Shown here piece by piece: positions 7,425 through 15,280 of a stretch of DNA of 27,695 nt. Positions within the stretch are counted from its first letter, which is position 1, and every line of letters starts with the position of its first letter. The notes under the pieces were generated by a model that saw only the letters and a program-made list of their open reading frames with translations, was not told the DNA's origin and made no database searches. The position numbers and the translations under genes were made by a program. The DNA is from a virus (lineage: Duplodnaviria; Caudoviricetes), in IMG/VR virus record IMGVR_UViG_3300020414_002409, positions 1 to 27,695 of that record. The stretch is one strand, 5' to 3'.

Positions 7425-7446
7425 CCCCCCTAACGGGGGGTTTTTT
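7425..7446 (+). terminator. intrinsic terminator between convergent genes
   Basis: CCCCCC-TAAC-GGGGGG followed by TTTTTT. Confidence 0.8.
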
Positions 7447-7762
7447 ATTGTTCTTTTTTAAACATATCCCCCTTGTTGCTGGGAGGTCTCACCGAGAATT
7501 CTGATTGCCTGCTCTGTCCGTACTCCCGCAGTCTGCCTTGCTGTGCAGCAATACCTGCAGTAAAGCCACCTGTACCTGGCGTACGGCTTGTTGTATTCAT
7601 TGGTCGTGACGCTTGATAAGCCATCTGACCCCTACGTCCACGAGCACGGGCAAGGGCAGTAGCACGCTGACCATACTCACCACTGTTGTTGTAGTCGCTT
7701 TTGTCTTGGTCGCTGAGGTAGCGCCTATCAACAGGTTTGTTTCTTAAGCCAGCAGATCTCAC
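7445..7762 (-). CDS. basic hypothetical protein (105 aa)
   Basis: GTG start, R/G-rich, TATAAT upstream at 7786-7791. Confidence 0.6.
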   Translation of the reverse strand: MRSAGLRNKPVDRRYLSDQDKSDYNNSGEYGQRATALARARGRRGQMAYQASRPMNTTSRTPGTGGFTAGIAAQQGRLREYGQSRQSEFSVRPPSNKGDMFKKEQ

Positions 7763-7786
7763 GTTATTACTACAGCTACTTTTCTA

Positions 7787-7984
7787 TTATACGAGGGGAT
7801 TCTCGAAGTACCCCTCACGTGGTATTACGTGTCCGTCGCAAATAAGTTTGTCAAGGAAATGAAGGTCTGGTTCCTTCAGTTCAATATTGTTGTCGTACAA
7901 CCATTGCCAAGCATCCCAGAACTCTTCAAGTGATGCTGCTTCTTTGCTGCCAAATGCAATGACCTTGGCACGCTTGACATTCAC
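7787..7984 (-). CDS. hypothetical protein (65 aa)
   Basis: GTGA overlap with the upstream gene. Confidence 0.65.
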   Translation of the reverse strand: MNVKRAKVIAFGSKEAASLEEFWDAWQWLYDNNIELKEPDLHFLDKLICDGHVIPREGYFENPLV

Positions 7985-8241
7985 AGTCCTAGCTGCATGT
8001 TGATTTTTTGAACGTTTGTCACCACAGGGACCATAAGTTTCAAGGTCTGCTGTGAAATCACACCGTTGTTCTCAAGTATTTTGGCTTCTGTTTCCTTACT
8101 GCTTTCGAGAAGTTTTGCCTCTACATCGGCAACTAATTCAGCGTACTGTTCTTCCATCACGTCTTCTGCTTTCTTGACTTTGTAGGCAGTAATTTTAAAG
8201 CCAAGTAACAGTGCAAGAACAGGTCCTACAACGTATTCCAT
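7981..8241 (-). CDS. membrane-anchored coiled-coil protein (86 aa)
   Basis: N-terminal hydrophobic stretch followed by a charged helical region. Confidence 0.65.
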   Translation of the reverse strand: MEYVVGPVLALLLGFKITAYKVKKAEDVMEEQYAELVADVEAKLLESSKETEAKILENNGVISQQTLKLMVPVVTNVQKINMQLGL

Positions 8242-8276
8242 ATTGATATCATTAACTGCCAGAAGTCTAGCTAAAA

Positions 8277-8606
8277 TCAGAACGTCATAAGACCATCATC
8301 ATCAAGATCGTCGTTTTCATATTCTTGATCATCAATAGATGTAGGAATCTCATCGTCATCAGCCATCTGGAGGAGCTCTACAAAGGTCTCCTCACTGATG
8401 ATTTCGGGAAGACCTGCTTGTTGTTCATCAATTTTGAACATAATGCCGTTCTGCATCAGAATGCGTTGAACACCATTTTTCTGTTCCATGCGAGACTTAA
8501 GCAGGCGCAAGGCAGTCTTCTCTAAAGCTGGGCGGCTCATCTTTCCTACTTCGTATCTCGCTCTCGTCAGAGCAAATCGCTGTTCGATCGTCAGTTGCTC
8601 CATCAC
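8277..8606 (-). CDS. nblA: NblA-like phycobilisome degradation protein with an acidic tail
   Basis: LTIEQRFALTRARYEVGKMSRPALEKTALRL resembles the NblA pattern LSLEQQF...VxxMSxEQ. D/E-rich C-terminal extension. Confidence 0.55.
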   Translation of the reverse strand: MMEQLTIEQRFALTRARYEVGKMSRPALEKTALRLLKSRMEQKNGVQRILMQNGIMFKIDEQQAGLPEIISEETFVELLQMADDDEIPTSIDDQEYENDDLDDDGLMTF

Positions 8607-8949
8607 CTAACTCTTCCTCGATAAAACGTCTGTTGGAAATCCATTCTTCTATAAGTTCTTTAGCAGTTTCGTTATAAAAATCCTGCCTTTCAAACCAGTG
8701 TAGCCAATGCTGGCTTCCTTTTGAGTGATTACAAGAGTGACAGGCAGGGATCAGGTTACTTCGCAAACTCGATCCCCCCTTGCTCTTTGGTTTTAAATGG
8801 TCCAGTGTTGTAGCCCTGTTACATCGGCAATAGGCGCAGAAACCGCCCCAGCCATATTTAATTGATTTACGGAACTTGCGCTTGGCTTGTCCCTTCGACA
8901 GACAATCTAGGTGAAACATAAGGTCTCCCCAGTCTTCAGCAATACCCAT
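8497..8949 (-). CDS. HNH endonuclease
   Basis: CAYC...TTLDHLKPKSKGG...NLIPACHSCNHSKG is an intact HNH motif. ATG 8949 preferred over TTG 8991. Confidence 0.9.
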   Translation of the reverse strand: MGIAEDWGDLMFHLDCLSKGQAKRKFRKSIKYGWGGFCAYCRCNRATTLDHLKPKSKGGSSLRSNLIPACHSCNHSKGSQHWLHWFERQDFYNETAKELIEEWISNRRFIEEELGDGATDDRTAICSDESEIRSRKDEPPSFREDCLAPA

Positions 8950-9012
8950 ACGAGTTGTTGTTAGCAACTTAGTTTTACTGTAGTTGCTCAACGATTCGTA
9001 ATCATGTATTTA

Positions 9013-9171
9013 CTACTCCGGCAAAAGTGCTTCGCGTACTGTTGTCACAGCCAGGTCGTCCAGTTTATTTTCGGTAAGACCGGCAAGTTTTTCCAAGAGT
9101 TCAACAATCAATTTCTTGACGGGCTCCGATGTAATGAAGCGCATCAAGATTGGTTTGATAATTAGCAGCAT
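9013..9171 (-). CDS. small phage protein (52 aa, MLLIIKPILMRF...TENKLDDLAV)
   Basis: Manually translated; amphipathic with a TxNxxDD motif; TAGAAT at 9195-9200. Confidence 0.7.
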   Translation of the reverse strand: MLLIIKPILMRFITSEPVKKLIVELLEKLAGLTENKLDDLAVTTVREALLPE

Positions 9172-9202
9172 GATTTTTATGCAAACGTGTCTACATTCTA
9201 GT

Positions 9203-9319
9203 GACTACAAAACTACGCTAACTACGCTGCTATCTATAAACCGATTTAAAAAATCCCAATATAGATAAGTACGAGAGATTTAAATATAGATATATAGAAA
9301 ACTACGGTAGTTACCGTAG
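9203..9319. repeat. short direct and inverted repeats around an AT-rich core (candidate origin or integrase accessory sites)
   Basis: AACTACGCT tandem at 9211-9228, AACTACG at 9300, GATTTAAA at 9243 and 9277, TATCTATA/TATAGATA inverted pair, and CTACGGTA-GT-TACCGTAG at 9302-9319. Confidence 0.5.
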
Positions 9320-10102
9320 CTTTTGTAATTGCTCATTCAACGATTGCAGGTCATAGCTGCCATAGCGTGCTGTTTCTCCTTTCCGTGCGTGTCCTGTCAA
9401 ACGGTCAATCCAGTACTCATGCACATCCAAAGCACGCATTCTGGTGATGAAGCTATGTCTGATGGAATGTGCGGCATCGCCCTTAGGGAGCCCTAAATTC
9501 TTTCCAAAATTTTCCGACCAACTTGTGCCTGGGTTCTTTGCCTTTGATAAGTACAAGCGCTCAACGTACGGCAGGGCATTCCTATGTATAGGTACCTGCC
9601 TGATAGATGCTTTATTTTTTAGCCCACGATTCTCTTGATACTTAACATCGAAATAGGGGATAGGAGCATCCATATGGATGTTTTCGGGATATATCCCCGC
9701 CAACTCCCCAATGCGCATTCCTGAGTACCAGAGGCATACGAAATAGGGATCATTGTGGTAGTACTCGTAGAACTCCCACGGGTGAACTGTCGGCTCACGC
9801 CTAGCAATTTCTAAGCCGTCATCGAGGTCTAGCCAAGGGTTGTCGCCCTTGTATAGCTTTTTGCGTGCTGCTTTGTTCCAGAGACCCTTAAGGATGCCTA
9901 CACGGCACTTGACGGTGCTCTCACCCCACGCTTCTTCTGCATACTCAAGGTAGTCAGCAGCGACGTCGTCATCAACGTCCTTAACGTCGAGGTCTGCAAT
10001 GTATTTAATTGACTTGTCCCAGAGTAATTTTGTTGCAGGTGAAATGCGTTTGTACCTGACCTTGAGTCGGTCAGTCATTTCCTGAACGTTCATTTGTTCC
10101 AT
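9311..10102 (-). CDS. int: tyrosine recombinase / integrase
   Basis: Full catalytic set: GMRIGE (R), LKN (K), HSIRH (HxxR), LTGH (H), RYG (Y). ATG 10102 is preferred because GTG 10150 lies inside a terminator hairpin. Confidence 0.9.
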   Translation of the reverse strand: MEQMNVQEMTDRLKVRYKRISPATKLLWDKSIKYIADLDVKDVDDDVAADYLEYAEEAWGESTVKCRVGILKGLWNKAARKKLYKGDNPWLDLDDGLEIARREPTVHPWEFYEYYHNDPYFVCLWYSGMRIGELAGIYPENIHMDAPIPYFDVKYQENRGLKNKASIRQVPIHRNALPYVERLYLSKAKNPGTSWSENFGKNLGLPKGDAAHSIRHSFITRMRALDVHEYWIDRLTGHARKGETARYGSYDLQSLNEQLQKLR

Positions 10103-10139
10103 TGTGAGGTTATAAGCAACGCCTATCGATAACCTATTG

Positions 10140-10163
10140 AAAAACCCCACGATTTGTGGGGTT
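10140..10163 (-). terminator. intrinsic terminator downstream of the tRNA 3' fragment
   Basis: On the minus strand AACCCCAC-AAATC-GTGGGGTT continues into a T run. Confidence 0.75.
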
Positions 10164-10175
10164 AAGTAGGAAAAA

Positions 10176-10203
10176 CGGAGAGGGTGGGATTCGAACCCAC
10201 GGT
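10176..10203 (-). mobile_element. putative attP core: 3' end of a tRNA-Ser (T arm plus acceptor strand)
   Basis: The minus strand reads ACCGTGGGTTCGAATCCCACCCTCTCCG (TpsiC loop; CTCTCC-G pairs with the GGAGAG start typical of tRNA-Ser). No 5' half is present, and it sits next to the integrase. Confidence 0.8.
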
Positions 10204-10291
10204 CTCGGCGTCGCTAAGCGTAATCTACCATGTCAACGGAGGTCGTCTAATAAGAGTGACTTATCAATAGACCCCCTTAGTTTTCCACAGG

Positions 10292-10795
10292 TCAACCGAC
10301 TAATTGCATCGCGTTCTGCAGCTCTCTTGAGTGCTCCAGTTCGTCGTTCAAAATTTCGAGGATTTTTTCGTTAGGTCCGTGCTCGGCTAAATACTTGGCG
10401 TAGGTGCTCGCAGCGTGGATTTCCACTTCATAGGTAAGGTGATAGGCAAACTTGGGGGCGAGCCAGTAGTACACGACATTCACCCAGTAGTAGATCAGCA
10501 CCAGATGCTTAGCTACAAAACGATCGATGAAGTAGAGGTTTCCGCCTTTACTTTCCATGTATTCCAGATGATCGGTTTCATTGGCGGATTGCTCGAAGTG
10601 CTGCCGCATCAGCTGTAGATGATCAGTTCCGCGCAGCCCCATGCTTTCACGGAAGTGCAGCACACTTAGGAAAGCAAAGTAAGGAGCGCGGGCTATTTCT
10701 TCGAGCACCCAGAAGCGTTGATAGTCTCGTCCTTTATACGAAAAATCGAGGATTTGAACCGTAAGATTTAGAAAGAAGACGTTGAGGCTTTTCAT
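10292..10795 (-). CDS. ptoX: plastoquinol terminal oxidase (PTOX, alternative oxidase family)
   Basis: RFWVLEEIARAPYFAFLSVLH with diiron ligands E, ExxH (NETDH), E (EVE) and ExxH (DELEH). Confidence 0.95.
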   Translation of the reverse strand: MKSLNVFFLNLTVQILDFSYKGRDYQRFWVLEEIARAPYFAFLSVLHFRESMGLRGTDHLQLMRQHFEQSANETDHLEYMESKGGNLYFIDRFVAKHLVLIYYWVNVVYYWLAPKFAYHLTYEVEIHAASTYAKYLAEHGPNEKILEILNDELEHSRELQNAMQLVG

Positions 10796-10799
10796 TTGA

Positions 10800-11129
10800 T
10801 CACTTCACATGAATTACACCTGACATACCAGCACCCTCGTGAGGACCACACACATAGTTGAAATCACCAGCCTCAGGGAAAGTAATCTCGAAGCTATCTC
10901 CAGGGGCAAATGCAAGCTCTTCGTGCGAAAGAGAGTCAACTTCTTTGACGATGACGTTATGAGGAGGCAGCGCTTCATTGACGAAGCGGACGGTGTCGCC
11001 TACGTTGATTGTGATTTCTGCAGGGTCAAACACCAGGTTGGCGCCAGCACCCATGACTACTTCGGTAGCAAAAGCAGGGAGTGCAATGAACAGTGAAACA
11101 ATAAAAGCAGCAAGAAATTTCATAGTCAT
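10800..11129 (-). CDS. petE: plastocyanin
   Basis: Signal peptide (PAFA), LVFDP, PPHNV, and CGPHEGAGM, giving the H-C-H-M copper ligands. Confidence 0.95.
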   Translation of the reverse strand: MTMKFLAAFIVSLFIALPAFATEVVMGAGANLVFDPAEITINVGDTVRFVNEALPPHNVIVKEVDSLSHEELAFAPGDSFEITFPEAGDFNYVCGPHEGAGMSGVIHVK

Positions 11130-11168
11130 ATTCCAACTACTACAAATCTAGCTAAGTAATTGTTACAA

Positions 11169-11828
11169 CTATTTCAAGTAACCGTGCTTTTCTAGATACT
11201 CTTTTGTTAACGGTGTTGGTTCGTAGATTTCCCACATAGCTCCAGTCTTACAAGCCTTTAGAGCGTCGACCGTCATTCCTTGAGTCGCTTCAGCCCATTT
11301 GGCTTCTTGTTCCCAGGGTATTGCCTTAGGATTGTCGACATACAAAACTCCTGTTAGATATTTATGGATCTCAGGAATTTCTTTGTCGTTCATAATTACG
11401 GCAACAAGTGAGTTGTCTATTGTTCCTGCCATGCAGTCTTGAGCTAGATGCCAGCCTTCGTGTCTAAGCGTTCCAATTAAATGCTTTGTATAACGCATAT
11501 ATTTCAAATTTAAAAATACTGCGTTGTATTTTGTATGATAAATGCCTTGGTCTCTTGGTCCAAAATACCTGGCTGGTGCAATATAGATTTCAATGCCAAG
11601 GTCTGTAATTGCAGTTACTAGCTGACCAAACTCTTCTTTAATAAGCTCTGCATCTGGTCCTGTGACTATGCTGTTCAGTTGGTTTTTATCTGTAATTTGT
11701 ATAACATCTTCCTTGCACTCTCTAAGAATCATGCATCCTGTTGCATCAGGGGTGAAGAATTCAACTTTAGGATCTTGTGCATAAACAGGCGCACAGATAC
11801 ACAGTAAAGCCGCGAGTATTCTTTTCAT
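11169..11828 (-). CDS. exported HExxH zincin-like metallopeptidase homologue
   Basis: Signal peptide, RHEGWHLAQDCMAG and a downstream WEQEA. Confidence 0.65.
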   Translation of the reverse strand: MKRILAALLCICAPVYAQDPKVEFFTPDATGCMILRECKEDVIQITDKNQLNSIVTGPDAELIKEEFGQLVTAITDLGIEIYIAPARYFGPRDQGIYHTKYNAVFLNLKYMRYTKHLIGTLRHEGWHLAQDCMAGTIDNSLVAVIMNDKEIPEIHKYLTGVLYVDNPKAIPWEQEAKWAEATQGMTVDALKACKTGAMWEIYEPTPLTKEYLEKHGYLK

Positions 11829-11862
11829 AAACTTATATCTATCTCTTCCTTACTTTAACTAT

Positions 11863-12117
11863 TTATCTTCGATGTTTTGCGGTCTTCTTGGCAACATCTT
11901 CTGGTTGTTTACTAAACTGTTTTCCTTTACGAATAGCAGCACGTTTCTTAGCTGTAGATCTTGCGTATTCCTGATCGCTCAACGACTCACGAGCTTTCTT
12001 GGGAAGATAACGTTCACCCGTAGCGTTCTTACCTTGCGTAGAGTTTTTGCCAGACTTGGTGCCCCACTCTTCTTTAGTCCAACTGTCTAAGGACTTCTGT
12101 GATTCTTTTTTAGGCAT
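11863..12117 (-). CDS. basic phage protein (DUF5872-like, C-terminal part)
   Basis: SQKSLDSWTKEEWGTKSGK...TGERYLPKKARESLS. Confidence 0.65.
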   Translation of the reverse strand: MPKKESQKSLDSWTKEEWGTKSGKNSTQGKNATGERYLPKKARESLSDQEYARSTAKKRAAIRKGKQFSKQPEDVAKKTAKHRR

Positions 12118-12326
12118 CAGTCTTTGTAGCCTCCACCCTTGGCTTTGTACTCCTTAGCCATCATCTGAGCTTTGCGAGCAGACCACTGACCAGGCTTACC
12201 ACCTTTACTTCCCGCTTTGATGCGGTTGAAGATGGACTTACGCAGGCCAGGCTTGGTGTAGTTACCAGCTTCGTTGACCCGAGACTTAGCTTTTGATTTT
12301 GCTTTTGACCTACTTTCTGCTGACAT
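12117..12326 (-). CDS. basic phage protein (DUF5872-like, N-terminal part)
   Basis: NYTKPGLRK...GGKPGQWSARKAQMMAKEYKAKGGGYKD; TGATG coupling to the next gene. Confidence 0.7.
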   Translation of the reverse strand: MSAESRSKAKSKAKSRVNEAGNYTKPGLRKSIFNRIKAGSKGGKPGQWSARKAQMMAKEYKAKGGGYKD

Positions 12327-12471
12327 AGCTTTCCATTAGTTGTGGACCGTGACTCATCCCACCTTTTGGCTGAGCTGGATACTGTTCAGGCTTCTTGGCA
12401 CATCCCTGTCCAGGATTGACATAGGGCATCAACGCTTGCCCCGCCATACGAGTAGGGAAGTCGTTGTCCAT
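12310..12471 (-). CDS. small hypothetical protein (53 aa, MDNDFPTRMAG...)
   Basis: Manually translated; TAATG coupling with the upstream ORF. Confidence 0.5.
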   Translation of the reverse strand: MDNDFPTRMAGQALMPYVNPGQGCAKKPEQYPAQPKGGMSHGPQLMESYVSRK

Positions 12472-12620
12472 TATTTGTTTTTCTTTTCGAAGTGCTTACG
12501 AAGACCTTCAGGCATCTTGGAAGTATCTGTTTTACCTTCTTTACCTTCTTTCTCTTTTACTTTACTCTTAGCTTCTTCTTTTTTCTTTTCGAAGAATGCT
12601 TGTGCTTTTTCTTTAGACAT
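12471..12620 (-). CDS. small K/E-rich protein (49 aa, MSKEKAQAFFEKKK...)
   Basis: Manually translated; AAGGA SD-like sequence and TAAAAT upstream. Confidence 0.6.
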   Translation of the reverse strand: MSKEKAQAFFEKKKEEAKSKVKEKEGKEGKTDTSKMPEGLRKHFEKKNK

Positions 12621-12864
12621 TAGTATTATCCTTATTCTTATCTATTTTAGCGCTTTGATCTTTCTTTTTAACTTGCTCTACACGTGATATTCCATAGCTA
12701 GCAAGCACTGTTGTTACGAGTGATGAAATAAAAGCAGCATCAACATTTTTTGCATATCCTAAATATGTGGCAGTCAGCATTGCCAGAGCCCAGCTGAGTA
12801 CTCCAGCTGGTACTAAATTTTTCATGAGCGACGTTAGGATATTCGACTCTTCATCTTTCTCCAT
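12613..12864 (-). CDS. two-TM membrane protein (holin-like topology)
   Basis: Two hydrophobic helices and a basic C-terminus. Confidence 0.6.
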   Translation of the reverse strand: MEKDEESNILTSLMKNLVPAGVLSWALAMLTATYLGYAKNVDAAFISSLVTTVLASYGISRVEQVKKKDQSAKIDKNKDNTNV

Positions 12865-12900
12865 AATTTAAAATTAAAGTGTAGAATTGAAGCCCACAAA

Positions 12901-13275
12901 ATGCGTCCTCTATTACTATTATTGCTTATTCCTGCGCCTGTTTTTGCGCAGTCTGTCACTCCTAACTTTACAACTGGGACGATGACGCAGACAACTACAT
13001 CGACTCAAACAATTACTGAAACCATTGCAACAGAAAGGTTTGGTGGCGCTGTAAATACTTGGAATGCTGACAATGTGCATCCAGTTAGTATGAGTACAGG
13101 AACCGCTGTTGTTGGTGACATTGTTGCTTCACCCGAGTTCCACGTTGTTGATACAGCACTCCCATGGCAGTTAGAAATAACCACGCGAGCAGCAGGGTTG
13201 GTCGAGACGGTAGATACCACAAGAACCATTACAACGGATTCCGTTACAAATACTTCCTCGGTCTTCTCTCAATAA
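12901..13275 (+). CDS. exported Thr-rich cyanophage protein
   Basis: Signal peptide (PVFA) then VTPNFTTGTMTQTT...; TAGAAT upstream. Confidence 0.75.
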   Translation: MRPLLLLLLIPAPVFAQSVTPNFTTGTMTQTTTSTQTITETIATERFGGAVNTWNADNVHPVSMSTGTAVVGDIVASPEFHVVDTALPWQLEITTRAAGLVETVDTTRTITTDSVTNTSSVFSQ

Positions 13276-13772
13276 TTTTTTGCTCACCAGTTTACGCGAA
13301 TGATTCAACTGCTGTCTCTGCTAATCCACAGGCAGCAATTACTGGGTCAGTCGCTAATCAAGCGGTGCAAATAAATCAGGGCTCTCTTAGTACTCAGTCG
13401 TTTGGTACTGGCATATATTGCAATGGCTCAGTCATTTCATTTACGCCATATTACTTGACGACTGAAAACTATGGCAGTACATATTCGAACAGCAATAACG
13501 CAGGTGCGCAAGTTTCGCTTTCTATTCCTCTTGATGGTGGAGCTGTTGAACGATGTAAAGCACTCGCTCAAATCCAAATTGAAAAAGGGCGCTTGGATTA
13601 CGAGCTAGTGCGAATAAAAGAATGTATTGGTATTTATGAGCGTGGTTTTACCATACATCCTTCTAGCGATTTTTATCCAATTTGCGCCGACGTGCTGCCA
13701 ATCGCTGCCTTGACCAGGACAGAGGAGGAGGCTTCTTCCGAAACTTTGCCACTTTCTTCAGAACAACCTTAA
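13164..13772 (+). CDS. exported Cys-containing cyanophage protein
   Basis: Signal-like FLGLLSIIFCSPVYA, then ANPQA..GSVANQAVQI...RLDYELVRIKEC...ICADV. Confidence 0.75.
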   Translation: MAVRNNHASSRVGRDGRYHKNHYNGFRYKYFLGLLSIIFCSPVYANDSTAVSANPQAAITGSVANQAVQINQGSLSTQSFGTGIYCNGSVISFTPYYLTTENYGSTYSNSNNAGAQVSLSIPLDGGAVERCKALAQIQIEKGRLDYELVRIKECIGIYERGFTIHPSSDFYPICADVLPIAALTRTEEEASSETLPLSSEQP

Positions 13773-14265
13773 TCAACGGTTTGGCAATTTGGACGATTCG
13801 CTTGAATAAGTCACCTGCAACCATTGTTGCCCCGACAGATACGACTGATGCGGCACCTGCTGTTGTAACAGCCGTCACCATAATTTCTTGCTTGGGGACA
13901 GGCATCTCGAATCCACCAGGCAGCTCAATTGTTTCGACCTGAGCTTCGACTTCATATTCATCCCATGGGAATGGCTGTACTGGTGGTGATAGAAGACGTA
14001 CTTCATCTACCATGTCCAGGACATCATCGGGAATGCCTTCTTCTGGATCTCGCTTAGGTGGCTCTTGCCGAGAATTTGGTCGCTCTTTATCTACTTCGTT
14101 TGATTCTTTTGGCGGCGATGATTCAGGATTTAGAGTAGGTATATCCTCTCGATATACAGGTACAGTTTCCCACTTTGGTACTTCATACTGTGGCATCGCC
14201 AGCGGCATTCCTGGAATAGGAACCGCTTGAGGCAGCCCTACGACCTCTGGAATCTTTATGTCCAT
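13663..14265 (-). CDS. Pro-rich membrane-anchored protein
   Basis: P/E-rich N-terminal region, hydrophobic AVTTAGAASVVSVGATMV segment, basic C-terminus. Confidence 0.7.
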   Translation of the reverse strand: MDIKIPEVVGLPQAVPIPGMPLAMPQYEVPKWETVPVYREDIPTLNPESSPPKESNEVDKERPNSRQEPPKRDPEEGIPDDVLDMVDEVRLLSPPVQPFPWDEYEVEAQVETIELPGGFEMPVPKQEIMVTAVTTAGAASVVSVGATMVAGDLFKRIVQIAKPLIKVVLKKVAKFRKKPPPLSWSRQRLAARRRKLDKNR

Positions 14266-14268
14266 TTT

Positions 14269-14559
14269 TTACCACTTGGCTTTATCAGCCCAGTAAGCAG
14301 CAGACATTTTGCCTTTATTGATGTTTTTACGATGACGTGCTTTGAAAGATGCACGTTTACGTTTCATTTTCTCTGATTCACCTTCCTTTGGCTTACCAGC
14401 AGTCTTAGCACCCTGTTCACCGAAACGGATGAGCTTTTCTTTGCCACCTTCTTTAGCCAACACAACGTGCGACTTTGTGGGGTGATCAGGTGTACGACGC
14501 GGTTTATTAGGGGTCAAACTATCCTTTAGCTTTTGCCCTGCCATACGCTGTTTAGCCAT
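14269..14559 (-). CDS. basic conserved phage protein
   Basis: TPDHPTKSHVV...IRFGEQG...RASFKARH...SAAYWADKAKW. Confidence 0.75.
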   Translation of the reverse strand: MAKQRMAGQKLKDSLTPNKPRRTPDHPTKSHVVLAKEGGKEKLIRFGEQGAKTAGKPKEGESEKMKRKRASFKARHRKNINKGKMSAAYWADKAKW

Positions 14560-14581
14560 AGCAAGATATAACAGTCTTTAT

Positions 14582-14719
14582 CTATTTTACATTGTCTAGA
14601 GGATCATTTTTCCCGGCAAGTATTGCTACCGCTCGTTTATAAAAAAATGAATCTGTCTTGCCTGCTTCTTCTAATGCTTCTTTAACTTTGACCCAATTCT
14701 CAAATTCAGTTTTGTCCAT
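14582..14719 (-). CDS. small cyanophage-type protein (45 aa, MDKTEFENWVKVKEALEEAGKTDSFFYKRA...)
   Basis: Manually translated; 14-nt overlap with the upstream gene. Confidence 0.7.
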   Translation of the reverse strand: MDKTEFENWVKVKEALEEAGKTDSFFYKRAVAILAGKNDPLDNVK

Positions 14720-14987
14720 CGGTTGCTATAAGAAAGTCCATCTCAGCGTGCATTTGATCACTCAATGTGCACACCTGAGCACAAGCACCAAGAATTAAGC
14801 CACGTTGATTTGGGGTCAATTCCGTAGCATCCTCAGCGTCTTCGGCTAGAACTTTTCCGATATCTCCTAAGCACATAATGATGGCTGGGAGACCCCACTT
14901 TTCAATGAGATTGTGCATAACAGACAGGAGGGGGTTATCGCCCCCCTCAACAGCTTCCCAAAATGCTTGCCGTTCTTCTGTCGTCAT
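14706..14987 (-). CDS. hypothetical protein (93 aa)
   Basis: ATG ORF with TACAAT at 15009-15014. Confidence 0.7.
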   Translation of the reverse strand: MTTEERQAFWEAVEGGDNPLLSVMHNLIEKWGLPAIIMCLGDIGKVLAEDAEDATELTPNQRGLILGACAQVCTLSDQMHAEMDFLIATDGQN

Positions 14988-15013
14988 ACTGTTCTAACCA
15001 ATAACTGTATTGT

Positions 15014-15053
15014 AGGAATAATATTAAACCAACGTTGGCTATAACTTATTCCT
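15014..15053. promoter_or_regulatory. 40-bp imperfect palindrome (candidate operator or hairpin)
   Basis: AGGAATAA-N7-CCAACGTTGG-N7-TTATTCCT. Confidence 0.45.
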
Positions 15054-15079
15054 CTGACATTTAAAATCAGTCGTTTTAA

Positions 15080-15262
15080 TTAAACTGATTGAATTGGAGC
15101 GTACTTACCATCTTCCATAACGATGAATCCGATGGGGTCAAAGTCTGGCTGTGTTGTAAGTTCGTGAATGCAAAGGCCTTCAAGTGGCTGGTCTGTGCCA
15201 TATTTACGGATCAATTCTTCCGTCTCAATGATTCTGTTTTCAGATTTACAATAGTATTTCAT
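15080..15262 (-). CDS. hypothetical protein (60 aa)
   Basis: ATG ORF at the end of the fibre operon. Confidence 0.55.
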   Translation of the reverse strand: MKYYCKSENRIIETEELIRKYGTDQPLEGLCIHELTTQPDFDPIGFIVMEDGKYAPIQSV

Positions 15263-15280
15263 TGGTATTTACACAGATAA

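Noticed and set aside
10176-10270. Complete tRNA gene
   Set aside because: Only the T arm and 3' acceptor strand are present; no matching GGAGAG 5' strand, D arm or anticodon arm. Treated as attP.
10218-10280. Imperfect hairpin between attP and the PTOX stop
   Set aside because: Weak, bulged pairing (GTCTA/TAGAC, ATAAG/CTTAT) and no U tract; insufficient for a call.
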